Source of the DNA: an uncultured Oscillospiraceae bacterium
GTDB lineage: Bacteria > Bacillota > Clostridia > Oscillospirales > Oscillospiraceae
DNA: 64,000 bases
Reading direction: 5' to 3'
Assembly (NCBI GenBank): GCA_964465395.1
Contig: CAYXIN010000001.1
Location: 5,065 to 69,064, forward strand
The notes under the pieces were generated by a model. The model saw nothing but the letters and a program-made list of their open reading frames with translations, was not told the DNA's origin and made no database searches. Shown piece by piece: positions 29,468 to 39,904 of this stretch. How positions within the stretch are numbered: position 1 is the first letter of the stretch; the number at the start of each line of letters is the position of its first letter. Both the position numbers and the translations under genes were made by a program.

Positions 29468-30157
29468 TCAGAGACCCCACTTGTAGCCATAACCCCAGAC
29501 AGTCGTGATGTAGGTAGGGTTGGCGGTATTATCCTCAATCTTGATGCGCAGGCGGCGGATATTCACATCGACGATTTTCAGCTCGCCGTCATAGTCCCGC
29601 CCCCAGACGGAGGCCAGAATATCCTCACGCGACAGCGCGCGGCCCGGATTCTGCATAAAAAGCTGCACGATGGCATACTCCACCTGCGTGAGCTTGATGC
29701 GCCGCCCATCCTTCTCCAGCGTGCGATTGCGCAGATTCAGGCGGAAGGGCTTGTGGAGAATGATCTCGCTGTCCTCCGGCTCGGCCGCGCCACCGATGCG
29801 GCGATAGAGCGCGTCAATGCGCGCCGTCAGCTCCGCCGGGGAGAAGGGCTTGGTCACATAGTCATCCGCGCCGGTCATCAGGCCGGTGACTTTGTCCATC
29901 TCCTGCGTCCGGGCCGTGAGCATGATGATGCCGATGGTCTTATTGGTCGCGCGGATGCTGCGGCAAACCTCGAAGCCGTCGATATCCGGCAGCATGATAT
30001 CCAGAATGGCCACGCCGATATCCGGATTCTCCTTCAGGCGCTCCAGCGCCTCCATGCCGGTGCCGGCCTCAATGGGGTCATAGCCGGCGCGCTTGAGGTT
30101 GATGACCACAAAGCTGCGAATATTGACCTCGTCCTCCAGAATCAAAACCTTTTTCAT
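29468..30157 (-). CDS. OmpR/PhoB-family response regulator
   Basis: LILEDE, ILDIMLP, GADDYVTKPFS, winged helix ending TVWGYGY. Confidence 0.95.
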   Translation of the reverse strand: MKKVLILEDEVNIRSFVVINLKRAGYDPIEAGTGMEALERLKENPDIGVAILDIMLPDIDGFEVCRSIRATNKTIGIIMLTARTQEMDKVTGLMTGADDYVTKPFSPAELTARIDALYRRIGGAAEPEDSEIILHKPFRLNLRNRTLEKDGRRIKLTQVEYAIVQLFMQNPGRALSREDILASVWGRDYDGELKIVDVNIRRLRIKIEDNTANPTYITTVWGYGYKWGL

Positions 30158-30210
30158 ATTTCCCGCTCCTTGCAGGCGACGCAACGCCGCGCCGCCCATG
30201 ATAGTTTCCG

Positions 30211-31542
30211 TTATGTCTCGCCGGTGTTCCAATCCACCTGGATAAGCCGGAACATCCCGCTCACCGTCTCCGGCGTCAGCTCCAGCTCCGCCGCGCCGGG
30301 GCCCAGCAGAACGGCATAGGTGATCTCACCCTTGCGCAGCAGCACCGTCCAGCCGCTCTCGCGGGCAAGCTGCGCCGCCTGCTCGCTGGAGGTCGCCGCA
30401 ATGGTAAAAAGCTCCGTGTTGTCGCCCTGGTCATTCTGCCAGAGGAAGCAGTAGCCCAGCGCATTGCCCAGCATACCCGCGCGCGTCACGGCCAGGCGGC
30501 TCATCCACGCGCTGGGAACCGTCAGGAACCAGCCGTCGGAACAGTTGTGGAAGGTCACGCACTTCTGCACCTCGCTGCCATCAAGCTGGAGATTATACCA
30601 GCCGATGAGCGAGCGGTTCTCCGAGCGCTCATCCCCGGCGATGCCGCGCATGGCATACAGACGCGGCAGCTCAATGAGCCCGTCGCCGTCGATATCGCCG
30701 CTGTAGACATAATATTCGCGCAGGGTCTGCACACCGGTGTTGGCATCATCCTGTCTGGCCAGATTGCGAAACTCGCCGTTGCGCATACCGAAAATATCGG
30801 TCACAATCTCGCCCTCGCCATACTCCGCCGCCACAAAGACCGCGTTGACACCCTCGCACATCCGGCCGGTGATGATGCGCCTGACCGCCGAAACTGCGGT
30901 GCTGGCAGCCGCCTCCCGCTCGCGCAGGAGTTGATTCTCCGACCAGTGATAATACTCCGCAATGGCGGCAGAGCTGTGCGCATCCGCGCGCAGGAGAAAA
31001 ATGCCCTGCAAGCCATCGCCATCGAGGTCTGTTGTCAGATATTCCGTGCAATTGGCGCGCATCAGCTCGATCAGGCCATCGTCGCGCAGCGTGTAGACGC
31101 ACAGCACCCGCGCAAGCTGGTCGCTGATGCTGCGGCCAAGCACCAGCTCATAGCCCGGCGCATCATCCACGCGGGCATAGAGCACCTGGTCGAAGGCGCT
31201 GCCATTCAGGTCGAGGGAGGCCACGCAGGTATACTGCTCATCCACCAGGTCAAAGACATAGATCGACAGCGGATTGGCCGCAGCGGTTTTCAGATAGACC
31301 ACTGCCTCATCCGCGCCGTCGCCGTCCAGATCGATCATCTGCACAGCCTGCTGATTCTCGCCCGATACCGGCGGCGAATAGCTCGCGCCGCCGGGCATGG
31401 CGCCCTCAATCGCCTGTTGCAGCTCATAATAGCCCTCCGGCTGCTGCGGCACGGCAAAAAGCCGCTCCGCCGGGTCCAGAATGCAGCCCGTCAGAAGCAC
31501 CGCAAGCAGCAGCACGGCTGCGCGGAAAAACACTTTTTTCAT
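30211..31542 (-). CDS. Hypothetical lipoprotein with DxDGDG (FG-GAP-like) motifs
   Basis: Lipobox LLTGC; DLDGDGADE, DLDGDGLQ, DIDGDGLIE; first gene of the TCS operon. Confidence 0.7.
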   Translation of the reverse strand: MKKVFFRAAVLLLAVLLTGCILDPAERLFAVPQQPEGYYELQQAIEGAMPGGASYSPPVSGENQQAVQMIDLDGDGADEAVVYLKTAAANPLSIYVFDLVDEQYTCVASLDLNGSAFDQVLYARVDDAPGYELVLGRSISDQLARVLCVYTLRDDGLIELMRANCTEYLTTDLDGDGLQGIFLLRADAHSSAAIAEYYHWSENQLLREREAAASTAVSAVRRIITGRMCEGVNAVFVAAEYGEGEIVTDIFGMRNGEFRNLARQDDANTGVQTLREYYVYSGDIDGDGLIELPRLYAMRGIAGDERSENRSLIGWYNLQLDGSEVQKCVTFHNCSDGWFLTVPSAWMSRLAVTRAGMLGNALGYCFLWQNDQGDNTELFTIAATSSEQAAQLARESGWTVLLRKGEITYAVLLGPGAAELELTPETVSGMFRLIQVDWNTGET

Positions 31543-31570
31543 GATGCGGCACCTCTCCTTCTAACTGAGC

Positions 31571-31613
31571 ATTATAGCAAAAATTGTTACAAATGTGTAG
31601 TAGTTCGGTTACA
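31571..31613 (-). promoter_or_regulatory. Promoter with TGTAAC direct repeats (candidate OmpR-family autoregulatory site)
   Basis: Minus strand TGTAAC-N5-TACTAC-N5-TGTAAC-N9-TATAAT. Confidence 0.55.
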
Positions 31614-31623
31614 AAGTTCGAAA

Positions 31624-34600
31624 TTATTTCACAACAACGCTGTCCGGCCCCAGCAGCAGCCGCAGCTCCGCCAGCATATCCTCGCGCAGCATACAGCTCG
31701 TGCCGCGGCGCACGCCCGTATCGGCATAGTAGAGCACAGCCCGGATGCTGCCAGGGAACATGCTCAAAATGGCGCGCAGCTTGCGCTCGGCAGGCGTCCC
31801 CTCGCCGGGCAGCCGGAGATAGAGCGTCGGCGGAATGGGTTTGGCCACCTCGCTCAAGGGCAGCAGGCGGTTGACCACAAGCTGCGGCGTCTTCTCATCG
31901 CGGACGGAAAGCCGCCCCTGCGCCACAACGGAGGTATTCTCCTGCAGGAGCCCGCCGGCATTGGTAATCACATTGGAAAAGGTCAGCAGCTCCATGGAGC
32001 CGGTTTCATCCTCCAGGGTGACATAGGCCATGACGGAGCCGGTTCGGGTGGTCTTCATGCGCACCGTTTCAACGATGCCCGCGATGCTGACATTCTGCTC
32101 ATCACAGAAGACGCCATCCTCCAGCTCAAAGGAGCGCAGAACGCGCCCGATGGCTACCACGCCGCTGGCCGCAATCTGCTTGCGCCAGGTATCCAGCGGA
32201 TGGCCAGAGAGATAGAGGCCGATGGCCTCCTTCTCCATCTGCATCCGCTCCTCGCCCGGCAGCTCCGCCAGCGCGGGGGCGGCAATGGCGCTGCGCTGCG
32301 TCCCCTGCTCCTCCAGCATGTCAAAAAGCTGGAGCTGCCCCTCCAGATTGCGGCGGTGCGTCTCGGCGGCGGTATCCATGAGCTGTTCAAAGAGATAGAG
32401 CATCTGCGCGCGGTTGAGCCCCAGGCCGTCGAGTGCGCCGCACTTGATGAGATTCTCCACGGCGCGCTTGTTGAGATCGGCGCCCTGCATCCGCTCACAG
32501 AAATCCTCCAGCGAGGTGAAGGGCCCCCCGCGCCCGCGCTCGGCCACTACCTGGCGGATCAGGCCGCGCCCGATATTCTTCACCGCGCCCAGGCCAAAGC
32601 GAATGCCCTCCGGCTCGACGGTGAACTTATCCTCGGAGGTGTTAACATGCGGATGCAGCAGGGCGATGCCCATTTCGCGGCAATCGGCAATATAGGCGGC
32701 CGTCTTATCCGCGCGGTCAAGCACGGAGGTCAGGAGCGCGGCCATATACTCCTTCGGATAGTGGCATTTCAGATAGGCCGTCTGATAGGCCACAACCGCG
32801 TAGCAGACCGCGTGCGCCTTATTGAAGGCATAGTTTGCAAAATCGACAATTTCATCATAAATCGACTGCGCGGCAGCCTCGCTGACGCCGTTGGCGATGC
32901 AGCCGGCGATGCCATTCTCCGCGTCGCCATAGACGAAGGTTTTGCGCTCCTGCTCGATGACCTTCATTTTCTTCTTCGAAATGGCGCGGCGGATGTTATC
33001 CGCCTGTCCCATGGTGTAGCCGCCAAGGGCGCGGAAGATGTTGATGACCTGCTCCTGATAAACGATGCAGCCATAGGTGACCTTCAGAATCGGCTCCAGC
33101 AGCGGCGTTTTATAGGTGACCTGCGTCGGGTCGAGCTTGTTGGCGATGAAGCGTGGGATGGAATCCATCGGGCCGGGGCGGTAAAGCGCCACGATTGCCG
33201 TGATATCCTCGATGGAGCCCGCCTTCATATTGACGCAGACGCCCGTCATGCCGGCCGACTCCAACTGGAAAACGCCCGCCGTTCTGCCCTCGGTGAGCAT
33301 CCGGAAGGTCTGCGCGTCATCATCGGGAATGCGCTTGACCGAGAAATCCGGCTCACGGCGGCGGATGATCCGCTCCGCGTCATCCAGAATGGTCAGGTTA
33401 CGTAGACCGAGAAAGTCCATCTTCAGCAGACCCAGCTCCTCAATGGTCGTCATGGTGAACTGCGTCACGACGGTCTCATCGTTGCGCGCAAGCGGCACAT
33501 AGTCCACAACGGGTCTTTTGGTGATGACGACGCCCGCCGCGTGGGTGGAGGTGTTGCGCGGCATTCCCTCCAGCGCGCGGGCCGTATCCACCAGCTTCCG
33601 CACCCGCTCATCGCGCGAATAGAGCTCCTTGAGCTGCGGCGAGACGCGAAGCGCCTCCTCCAGCGTCATATGCGGCGTGCCGGGGATGAGCTTGGCCACC
33701 GCATCCGTCTCGGCATAGGTGAAATTCAGCACGCGGCCAACATCGCGAATGGCGGCACGCGCCGCCAGCGTACCGAAGGTGACAATCTGCGCAACGCGCT
33801 CCTTGCCATACTTGCGCATGACATAGTCAATCACCTCGCCGCGCCGCTCCTGACAGAAATCCGTGTCGAAATCGGGCATACTGACACGCTCAGGGTTCAG
33901 GAAGCGCTCGAAAATCAGGTCGTACTTCATCGGATCGACCTCGGTGATATTCATGCAGTAGGCCGCGATGGAGGCCGCGCCGGAGCCGCGGCCGGGGCCG
34001 ACGGGAATGCCCTCCTGCTTGGCCCAGCGGATGAAGTCCGCAACGATCAGATAATAGTCCACATAGCCCATGCGCTCGACAACGCCCATCTCATACTCCA
34101 GGCGCTGACGATAGGACTCCGGCGCATCGGGATAGCGCGCCGCGAAGCCCTCGTTGCAAAGACGGCGGAAATAGCTGCGCGAATCTGAGCCGTCCGGCGG
34201 AAGATACTCGGGCAGATGATACTGGCCAAAGGTAAAGGTCACATTGCACCTGTCCGCAATTTTCTGCGTATTCTCCAGCGCCTCCGGCAAATTGGGAAAG
34301 AGACTGCGCATCTCCTCCTCGGACTTGATGTAAAACTCATTGGTCTCAAAGCGCATCCGGTTGGGGTCATCCACCGTTTTGCCCATCTGAATGCACATCA
34401 GGACATCCTGAATGGTACTGTCCTCGCGGGTGATATAATGCGCGTCGTTGGTCGCCACCAGCGGCAGCCCCGTATCGCGCGCAAGCCGCAGCAGCTCACG
34501 GTTGACCTGCTCCTGCTCCGGCAGACCATGATCCTGAAGCTCCAGGTAGAAATGCTCCGGGCCGAAAATCTCCGACAGGGTCAGGGCATACTGCCGGGCG

Positions 34601-35058
34601 CCCGCATAATCGCCGCTGCGCAGGCGGCGGGGAATCTCCCCGGCCAGGCACGCGGACAGGGCAATCAGCCCCTCACTGTGGCCGCGCAGCAGCTCCAGAT
34701 CCACGCGCGGCTTGATATAGAAGCCATCGAGAAAGGCTCTGGAAACCAGATAGCTCAGGTTGCGGTAGCCGGTCTCATTCTCGCACAGGAGCACAAGATG
34801 GCGCGCCTCGCTGTCCGTTCCATGCACGCAGTCGGCCATGGTGCGCGGCGCAACATAGACCTCGCAGCCGATGATGGGCTTGACCCCGGCGGCCTGGGCC
34901 GCGCGGTAAAAATCAATCACGCCATACATGACGCCGTGGTCGGTGATCGCCACGGCGCGCTGCCCCAGCGCCGCCGCGCGCTGCACCAGCGCATCAATGC
35001 GGCAGGCGCCGTCGAGCAGGCTGTATTGCGTGTGAACATGCAAATGTGCAAAAGCCAT
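31624..35058 (-). CDS. dnaE: DNA polymerase III alpha subunit (DnaE)
   Basis: PHP HLHVHTQYSLLDG; GPGRGSGAAS; ERVSMPDFDTDF; FANYAFNKAHA; C-terminal OB fold. Confidence 0.98.
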   Translation of the reverse strand: MAFAHLHVHTQYSLLDGACRIDALVQRAAALGQRAVAITDHGVMYGVIDFYRAAQAAGVKPIIGCEVYVAPRTMADCVHGTDSEARHLVLLCENETGYRNLSYLVSRAFLDGFYIKPRVDLELLRGHSEGLIALSACLAGEIPRRLRSGDYAGARQYALTLSEIFGPEHFYLELQDHGLPEQEQVNRELLRLARDTGLPLVATNDAHYITREDSTIQDVLMCIQMGKTVDDPNRMRFETNEFYIKSEEEMRSLFPNLPEALENTQKIADRCNVTFTFGQYHLPEYLPPDGSDSRSYFRRLCNEGFAARYPDAPESYRQRLEYEMGVVERMGYVDYYLIVADFIRWAKQEGIPVGPGRGSGAASIAAYCMNITEVDPMKYDLIFERFLNPERVSMPDFDTDFCQERRGEVIDYVMRKYGKERVAQIVTFGTLAARAAIRDVGRVLNFTYAETDAVAKLIPGTPHMTLEEALRVSPQLKELYSRDERVRKLVDTARALEGMPRNTSTHAAGVVITKRPVVDYVPLARNDETVVTQFTMTTIEELGLLKMDFLGLRNLTILDDAERIIRRREPDFSVKRIPDDDAQTFRMLTEGRTAGVFQLESAGMTGVCVNMKAGSIEDITAIVALYRPGPMDSIPRFIANKLDPTQVTYKTPLLEPILKVTYGCIVYQEQVINIFRALGGYTMGQADNIRRAISKKKMKVIEQERKTFVYGDAENGIAGCIANGVSEAAAQSIYDEIVDFANYAFNKAHAVCYAVVAYQTAYLKCHYPKEYMAALLTSVLDRADKTAAYIADCREMGIALLHPHVNTSEDKFTVEPEGIRFGLGAVKNIGRGLIRQVVAERGRGGPFTSLEDFCERMQGADLNKRAVENLIKCGALDGLGLNRAQMLYLFEQLMDTAAETHRRNLEGQLQLFDMLEEQGTQRSAIAAPALAELPGEERMQMEKEAIGLYLSGHPLDTWRKQIAASGVVAIGRVLRSFELEDGVFCDEQNVSIAGIVETVRMKTTRTGSVMAYVTLEDETGSMELLTFSNVITNAGGLLQENTSVVAQGRLSVRDEKTPQLVVNRLLPLSEVAKPIPPTLYLRLPGEGTPAERKLRAILSMFPGSIRAVLYYADTGVRRGTSCMLREDMLAELRLLLGPDSVVVK

Positions 35059-35073
35059 GGCATCTCCCTCCGA

Positions 35074-35976
35074 TCATTCGGCTTCCTGCTGCGCCGCCAG
35101 CGCCATCAGCTTGCGCAGACGGTGGTTGACGGCAGATTTGGACAGGGGCGGCGTATGCAGCTCCGCCAGCTCACTGAGCGTGGCCTCCGGGTGCGCCTGG
35201 CGCAGCCGGGCGGTCTGGCGCAGCTTCTCCGGCAGCGGCAGCGCGGCGCGCTCCAGCCGGCGCAGCGCGGCAAGCTGCTCCTGCGCAGCCGCGACGGTCT
35301 TGTCCACATTGGCCGAGTCGCAGTTGGTTTTGCGGTTGGCCTCATTGCGCCAGTCCTTCTCAATCTTGGCCTGCATGACCGCCATCGCGTTCACCGGCGC
35401 GCCGATGCAGGCAAGAAAATCCTCAATGGCGTCGCTCTGCTTGAAATAGAGCACCAGACTGCCCTTGCGCTCGGTCTGCTTGGGCGACAGCTCCATCTCG
35501 CGCATGAGCGTCTCCGTCTCGCGGCTGACCTTCAGATGGGTTGTGGAAAGCTCGAGGTGGTAACGCTTCTCCGGATCTGTCACCGAGCCACCGGCCAGAA
35601 ATGCGCCGCGCAGAAAGGCGCGGCGGCAGCAGTCGCGCTCCAGCAGCGCAAAATTCACATGCAGCGCAAGGCTGCCATGCGCCGAAAAGCTGCACTGCGA
35701 AAATACCTGGCGGATTTTTTCGGGCTGCGTGATGGCGTAGGTCAGCTTACCGGTCGCCTCTGGCTCTGGAAGCTGATCAAACTGCACCCCCAGCGCCTTG
35801 CGGAACAGCCGGGGCAGCCGCAGACCAAAGTCGCGGCACTCCGTCACCACGCGGATGCACTCGGGCGAAAAGGTGTTGGCATAGAGCAGCACCCCATGCA
35901 CCTCCGCCAGCGCGCAGCAGCCCCGCTCAACCTCGCCGCGGCACAATTCACTTTTTACATTGGAAGAAAAGGACAT
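35074..35976 (-). CDS. whiA: DNA-binding protein WhiA
   Basis: MSFSSNVKSEL, FLRGAFLAGGSVTDPEKRYHLE, NRKTNCDSAN, SKSAVNHRLRKL. Confidence 0.93.
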   Translation of the reverse strand: MSFSSNVKSELCRGEVERGCCALAEVHGVLLYANTFSPECIRVVTECRDFGLRLPRLFRKALGVQFDQLPEPEATGKLTYAITQPEKIRQVFSQCSFSAHGSLALHVNFALLERDCCRRAFLRGAFLAGGSVTDPEKRYHLELSTTHLKVSRETETLMREMELSPKQTERKGSLVLYFKQSDAIEDFLACIGAPVNAMAVMQAKIEKDWRNEANRKTNCDSANVDKTVAAAQEQLAALRRLERAALPLPEKLRQTARLRQAHPEATLSELAELHTPPLSKSAVNHRLRKLMALAAQQEAE

Positions 35977-35979
35977 GCT

Positions 35980-36369
35980 TCAATCTCCTTTCCGCGGCGC
36001 AGCGCCGCCCTCGCGAAGCAGGTCGCGGTGCGTCAGGCTGCACCCGTCCTCCTGCAAAAGCTGCGACAGCCAGACCGCCCCCGCGACGGAGCGGTGGCGT
36101 CCGCCGGTGCAGCCCAGCGCAATGCGGAGGCGCTCGCAGCCCTTCGCCCGCGCCAGACGCACCTGCAGGCGCACCAGCTCACCCATCAGCCGCAGATAGG
36201 CGGCGCTGTCCGGGTCGGCCAGAATATACTCACGCACCGGCGCATCCAGCCCGCTCAGCGGACGCAGCGACGGCTCCCAGTAGGGATTGGCCAGCACACG
36301 CAGATCAAAGCACAAGTCTGCCTCCGCCGGGCCATATTTATGTCCGAAGGAAAAAATCTCGATTCTCAT
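35980..36369 (-). CDS. Stand-alone RapZ C-terminal domain protein
   Basis: IFSFGHKYG..ADLCFDLRVLANPYW..LSGLD..IALGCTGGRHRSV; no N-terminal P-loop domain; ATG overlaps the murB stop. Confidence 0.85.
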   Translation of the reverse strand: MRIEIFSFGHKYGPAEADLCFDLRVLANPYWEPSLRPLSGLDAPVREYILADPDSAAYLRLMGELVRLQVRLARAKGCERLRIALGCTGGRHRSVAGAVWLSQLLQEDGCSLTHRDLLREGGAAPRKGD

Positions 36370-37286
36370 TGCGCACCCCACAGGCGTACCTCCGGCTCAA
36401 GACGGATGCCGCTGTGCGCCAGCACCCGCTCCTGCACCAGAGCAATCAGCTCCAACACCTGCGCCGCCGTCGCGCTGCCAAGATTGACCACAAAGCCCGC
36501 GTGCTTCTCCGAAACCGCCGCGTCCCCGACGCGCAGGCCCTTGAGCCCCGCCTGGTCGATCAGCGCCGCCGCATAGCCACCGGCCGGGCGTTTGAAGGTG
36601 CTGCCCGCCGAGGGCAGCTCCAGCGGTTGGGAGGCGCGGCGTCTGGCCGCAAGCTCCTGCATCCGCGCGCGGATGGCCGCCTCATCACCGACTTGCAGTG
36701 CAAAAACCGTGCGGACAATCACCGCATCCGTCTGCTGAAAGGCGCTGCTGCGGTAGCCGAAGCCCTGCGCCTGCCCCTCCAGCCAGCGGAGGCTGCCATC
36801 GGGCAGCATCACCTGGGTGCGCAGCGCCACCTGCGCCAGCTCGCCGCCATAGGCGCCCGCGTTCATATACAGGCCGCCGCCGACACTGCCGGGAATGCCA
36901 TGGGCAAATTCCAGCCCGCTCAGACTATGGCGCGCGGCAAACATCGCCGCCTGCGCCAGAGAGCTGCCGGCCATCGCCTCAAGCTGCGCAGCCCCGGTGC
37001 ATTGCAGGCCGGTCAGCGCGTCACGCGTCACAATGACCAGTCCCGGCAACCCTTCGTCCGGCGCCAGCACATTCGTGCCCGCGCCCAGAATGCGCGGACG
37101 CACCCCACAGCGCGCGGCGCAGGCCAGCAGCGCGGCAAGCTCCTGCACCGTGGTCGGGAAGGCCATCAGCTCCGCGGGGCCGCCGATGCGGAAGGAGGTA
37201 TGGCGCGACAGGGGCTCCTGCTCGCGCAGCCGGAGCACGGGAAGCTGCTCCAGAAGGGTCTGCTTCAAGAGAGTCATGGCAGTCAT
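36366..37286 (-). CDS. murB: UDP-N-acetylmuramate dehydrogenase
   Basis: HTSFRIGGPA, GIPGSVGGGLYMNAGAYG, PSAGSTFKRP, KHAGFVVN. Confidence 0.96.
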   Translation of the reverse strand: MTAMTLLKQTLLEQLPVLRLREQEPLSRHTSFRIGGPAELMAFPTTVQELAALLACAARCGVRPRILGAGTNVLAPDEGLPGLVIVTRDALTGLQCTGAAQLEAMAGSSLAQAAMFAARHSLSGLEFAHGIPGSVGGGLYMNAGAYGGELAQVALRTQVMLPDGSLRWLEGQAQGFGYRSSAFQQTDAVIVRTVFALQVGDEAAIRARMQELAARRRASQPLELPSAGSTFKRPAGGYAAALIDQAGLKGLRVGDAAVSEKHAGFVVNLGSATAAQVLELIALVQERVLAHSGIRLEPEVRLWGAQ

Positions 37287-37421
37287 CGATTCTCCTCCAT
37301 ATCAAAAAATCATATACTACACCATTATACTGACAGTATACCACATTCCGCCGCGCGCCGCAACGGAAAAAAGCAGCGCCGCCCGGCTTTCTGCAAAGCC
37401 GGGCGGCAGCGGATGGGCGCG

Positions 37422-38018
37422 TTATTCGTTGCAGGCGGCGACAATGATGTCGGCGCAGTGCGAAACGCCGAGGCAGCCGCTATTGAGGCAGATATCGTAA
37501 TTCTGCGCCTGTCCCCAGGTGCGGCCGGTATAGTTGCGGTAGTAGACGCGGCGCTTCTGATCCTTCTCCGCCAGGCGCTTGGCCGGGCTCTTCTCCATCT
37601 GGCCATAGCGCTCGACAATCCGCGTGGCGCGGCTGTCCAGGTCGGCATGGATGAAAACATGCAGACAGTCGGTACGGTCGCGCAGCACATAGTCCGCGCA
37701 GCGGCCGACGATGACGCAGCGGCCCTTCTGCGCAAGCTCCTCAATGATGCGGGTCTGCTCGATATAGAGCCGGTCATGCATCGACAGCGCCTGCAGCCCA
37801 TTCTGATTCGCCGTGGCCAGGGTAAAGAGCAGACTGCTGCGGGCGGTAGCGTACTCGCCGTATTCCTCGATGAACTCCGGCGCAAAGCCGCTGCGCCGGG
37901 CGACCTCGTTGACCAGCTCGCGGTCATAGAACTGATAGCCCAGACGCTCGGCAACCAGCTTGCCGATGGAGCGGCCGCCGCTGCCGAACTCGCGGCTGAT
38001 GGTGATGATGGATTTCAT
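37422..38018 (-). CDS. Cytidylate-kinase-like family protein
   Basis: ITISREFGSGG P-loop; VIVGRCADYVL; NYDICLNS. Confidence 0.85.
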   Translation of the reverse strand: MKSIITISREFGSGGRSIGKLVAERLGYQFYDRELVNEVARRSGFAPEFIEEYGEYATARSSLLFTLATANQNGLQALSMHDRLYIEQTRIIEELAQKGRCVIVGRCADYVLRDRTDCLHVFIHADLDSRATRIVERYGQMEKSPAKRLAEKDQKRRVYYRNYTGRTWGQAQNYDICLNSGCLGVSHCADIIVAACNE

Positions 38019-38223
38019 GGCATTGCCCCCTTCCTGCGTTGCAGGTGGATTTCTATACACATTATAGCACAGTCATCCGCAAAGGTAAAGGCTTTTCTTG
38101 AATTTTTATAATACGCCAGGCGTGCGCAGCGCAAATGCATCCAATTTGTAAAAAACGGTGGACAAGTAGAGAAACATTTGCTAGAATGGAATCAAAACAA
38201 TGTCCAAAAGGAGGATGTGTGCG

Positions 38224-38679
38224 ATGAATTGTCCCTATTGCGGCTATCAGGAGAGCAAGGTCGTTGACTCCCGCCACGCCGAGGACGGCGGAAGCATCCG
38301 CCGCCGCCGCGAGTGCCTGTCCTGCCAGCGGCGCTTTACCACCTACGAAACCGTGGAGAGTCTGCCGGTGGTCGTGGTGAAGAATGACCGGCGCCGCGAG
38401 CCCTTTGACCGCCAGAAGGTGCTGCGCGGCATGGAGCGCGCCTGCGAAAAGCGCCCCGTCGCAACGGCTGACCTGGAGGCTGCCGTGGCCGAAATTGAGC
38501 AGATCGTGCAAAATTCCCTTGAGCGCGAGGTCAGCTCCATGCGCATCGGTGAGCTGGTCATGGAGCGGCTGAAGGCCCTCGACGAGGTGGCCTATGTGCG
38601 CTTCGCCTCGGTCTACCGGAAGTTTAAGGACATCAACAGCTTTATGCAGGAGCTGAACAAAATCCTCGCAGAGCGATGA
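38224..38679 (+). CDS. nrdR: Transcriptional repressor NrdR
   Basis: [30 protein letters not shown]-cone, AYVRFASVY. Confidence 0.97.
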   Translation: MNCPYCGYQESKVVDSRHAEDGGSIRRRRECLSCQRRFTTYETVESLPVVVVKNDRRREPFDRQKVLRGMERACEKRPVATADLEAAVAEIEQIVQNSLEREVSSMRIGELVMERLKALDEVAYVRFASVYRKFKDINSFMQELNKILAER

Positions 38680-39854
38680 AGCCGGTTACTATTCTGCTGG
38701 CGGTGCTGCTGGCGGTACTGCTGCTCCTTGCGGCGTTGACGCTCACCGGCGTTCTGGAGCTGCCGCGCGCGCTGCGGCCCAGCAGCAACCTGCCCTCCTT
38801 CTCCTACACCCCGGCGCAGCCCAGTGCCAGCGCGGAGCCCGAAACCGAACCGGAGCCGGAGCTGCTGGTCAACGACTGGCGCTTTGTGCTCAACGGCACG
38901 GACGTCGAGACGCGGCTGCTGGACGGCGAGGGCGCGGCGCTGGTACTGGCGGAGGATTTTCTGCGCGCCACTGCGCTGGACACGGCCGACTGCGCCTGGG
39001 CCGCTGACCGCGCGCGCATCGACTACGCGGACGGCAGCTTCACCCTCGATGGTGCGCCCTGCGGCCTGACCTGCGCCGAGGGCTGCTGGCTGCCGCTGGA
39101 GGAGCTGGCGCAGGCGCTTGCCTATCCCGTCTGGGAGGACAGCGAAAACCGCACGACCTACATCTCCCCCGCCGCGCGCTCCTTCGCACTGCCGGAGAAC
39201 GTGGACGTTCCGGTTCTGATGTACCACGCCGTCAGTGACAACCTCTGGGGCATTGACGAACTGTTCCTCAGCCCCACAAGCATGGAGGCGCAGCTACGCT
39301 ATCTGACAGAGCAGGGCTACGACTGCATCTGGTTTGAGGATCTGGCACACATCGAGGACTACGACAAGCCGGTGATTCTGACCTTTGACGACGGCTACGA
39401 CGACAACTACACGCAGCTTTTCCCCCTGCTGAGAAAATATCAGGTCAAGGCCACCGTCTTTATCATCACAGACAGCCTCGGCAGCCAGCACAAGCTGACG
39501 CAGGAGCAGGTGCGCGAGATGGCCGACTCCGGCCTGGTGTCCATTCAGTCGCACAGCGTGACACACGGCGATCTGAGCCGCATGGACGCCGCCACGCTGG
39601 AATATGAGCTGGGGCAGAGCAGCCGGGATATTGCGCGCCTGACCGGGCGCATCCCCTATGTGCTGTGCTACCCCTCCGGAAAGCACAGCGAGCTGACGGT
39701 GGAGATTGCTGCAAAGCATTATAACTTCGCGCTGCAAATGGGCGGTTCACTCTACAACACGGATGACGATCCGCTGCGCATTCGCCGCTTTTATATCTAC
39801 CGCGGCATTTCACTCGACACCTTTGCCGCCTATCTCGCCGCCGCAGGCGGCTGA
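38676..39854 (+). CDS. Membrane-anchored polysaccharide deacetylase (CE4)
   Basis: N-terminal TM; [27 protein letters not shown]. Confidence 0.9.
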   Translation: MKPVTILLAVLLAVLLLLAALTLTGVLELPRALRPSSNLPSFSYTPAQPSASAEPETEPEPELLVNDWRFVLNGTDVETRLLDGEGAALVLAEDFLRATALDTADCAWAADRARIDYADGSFTLDGAPCGLTCAEGCWLPLEELAQALAYPVWEDSENRTTYISPAARSFALPENVDVPVLMYHAVSDNLWGIDELFLSPTSMEAQLRYLTEQGYDCIWFEDLAHIEDYDKPVILTFDDGYDDNYTQLFPLLRKYQVKATVFIITDSLGSQHKLTQEQVREMADSGLVSIQSHSVTHGDLSRMDAATLEYELGQSSRDIARLTGRIPYVLCYPSGKHSELTVEIAAKHYNFALQMGGSLYNTDDDPLRIRRFYIYRGISLDTFAAYLAAAGG

Positions 39855-39862
39855 CGGGCTCA

Positions 39863-39904
39863 AAAAACGCATCCCCGCTCCGGCCGGAGCGGGGATGCGT
39901 TTTT
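39863..39904. terminator. Bidirectional terminator
   Basis: AAAAACGCATCCCCGCTCCGG/CCGGAGCGGGGATGCGTTTTT. Confidence 0.82.

Noticed and set aside
30547-33405. Long antisense ORFs (also 7537-9600, 3843-6353, 27975-29486, 34216-36576, 48770-51502 and others)
   Set aside because: These are shadow frames opposite well-supported genes, expected in high-GC DNA; they have no RBS or recognisable motifs.
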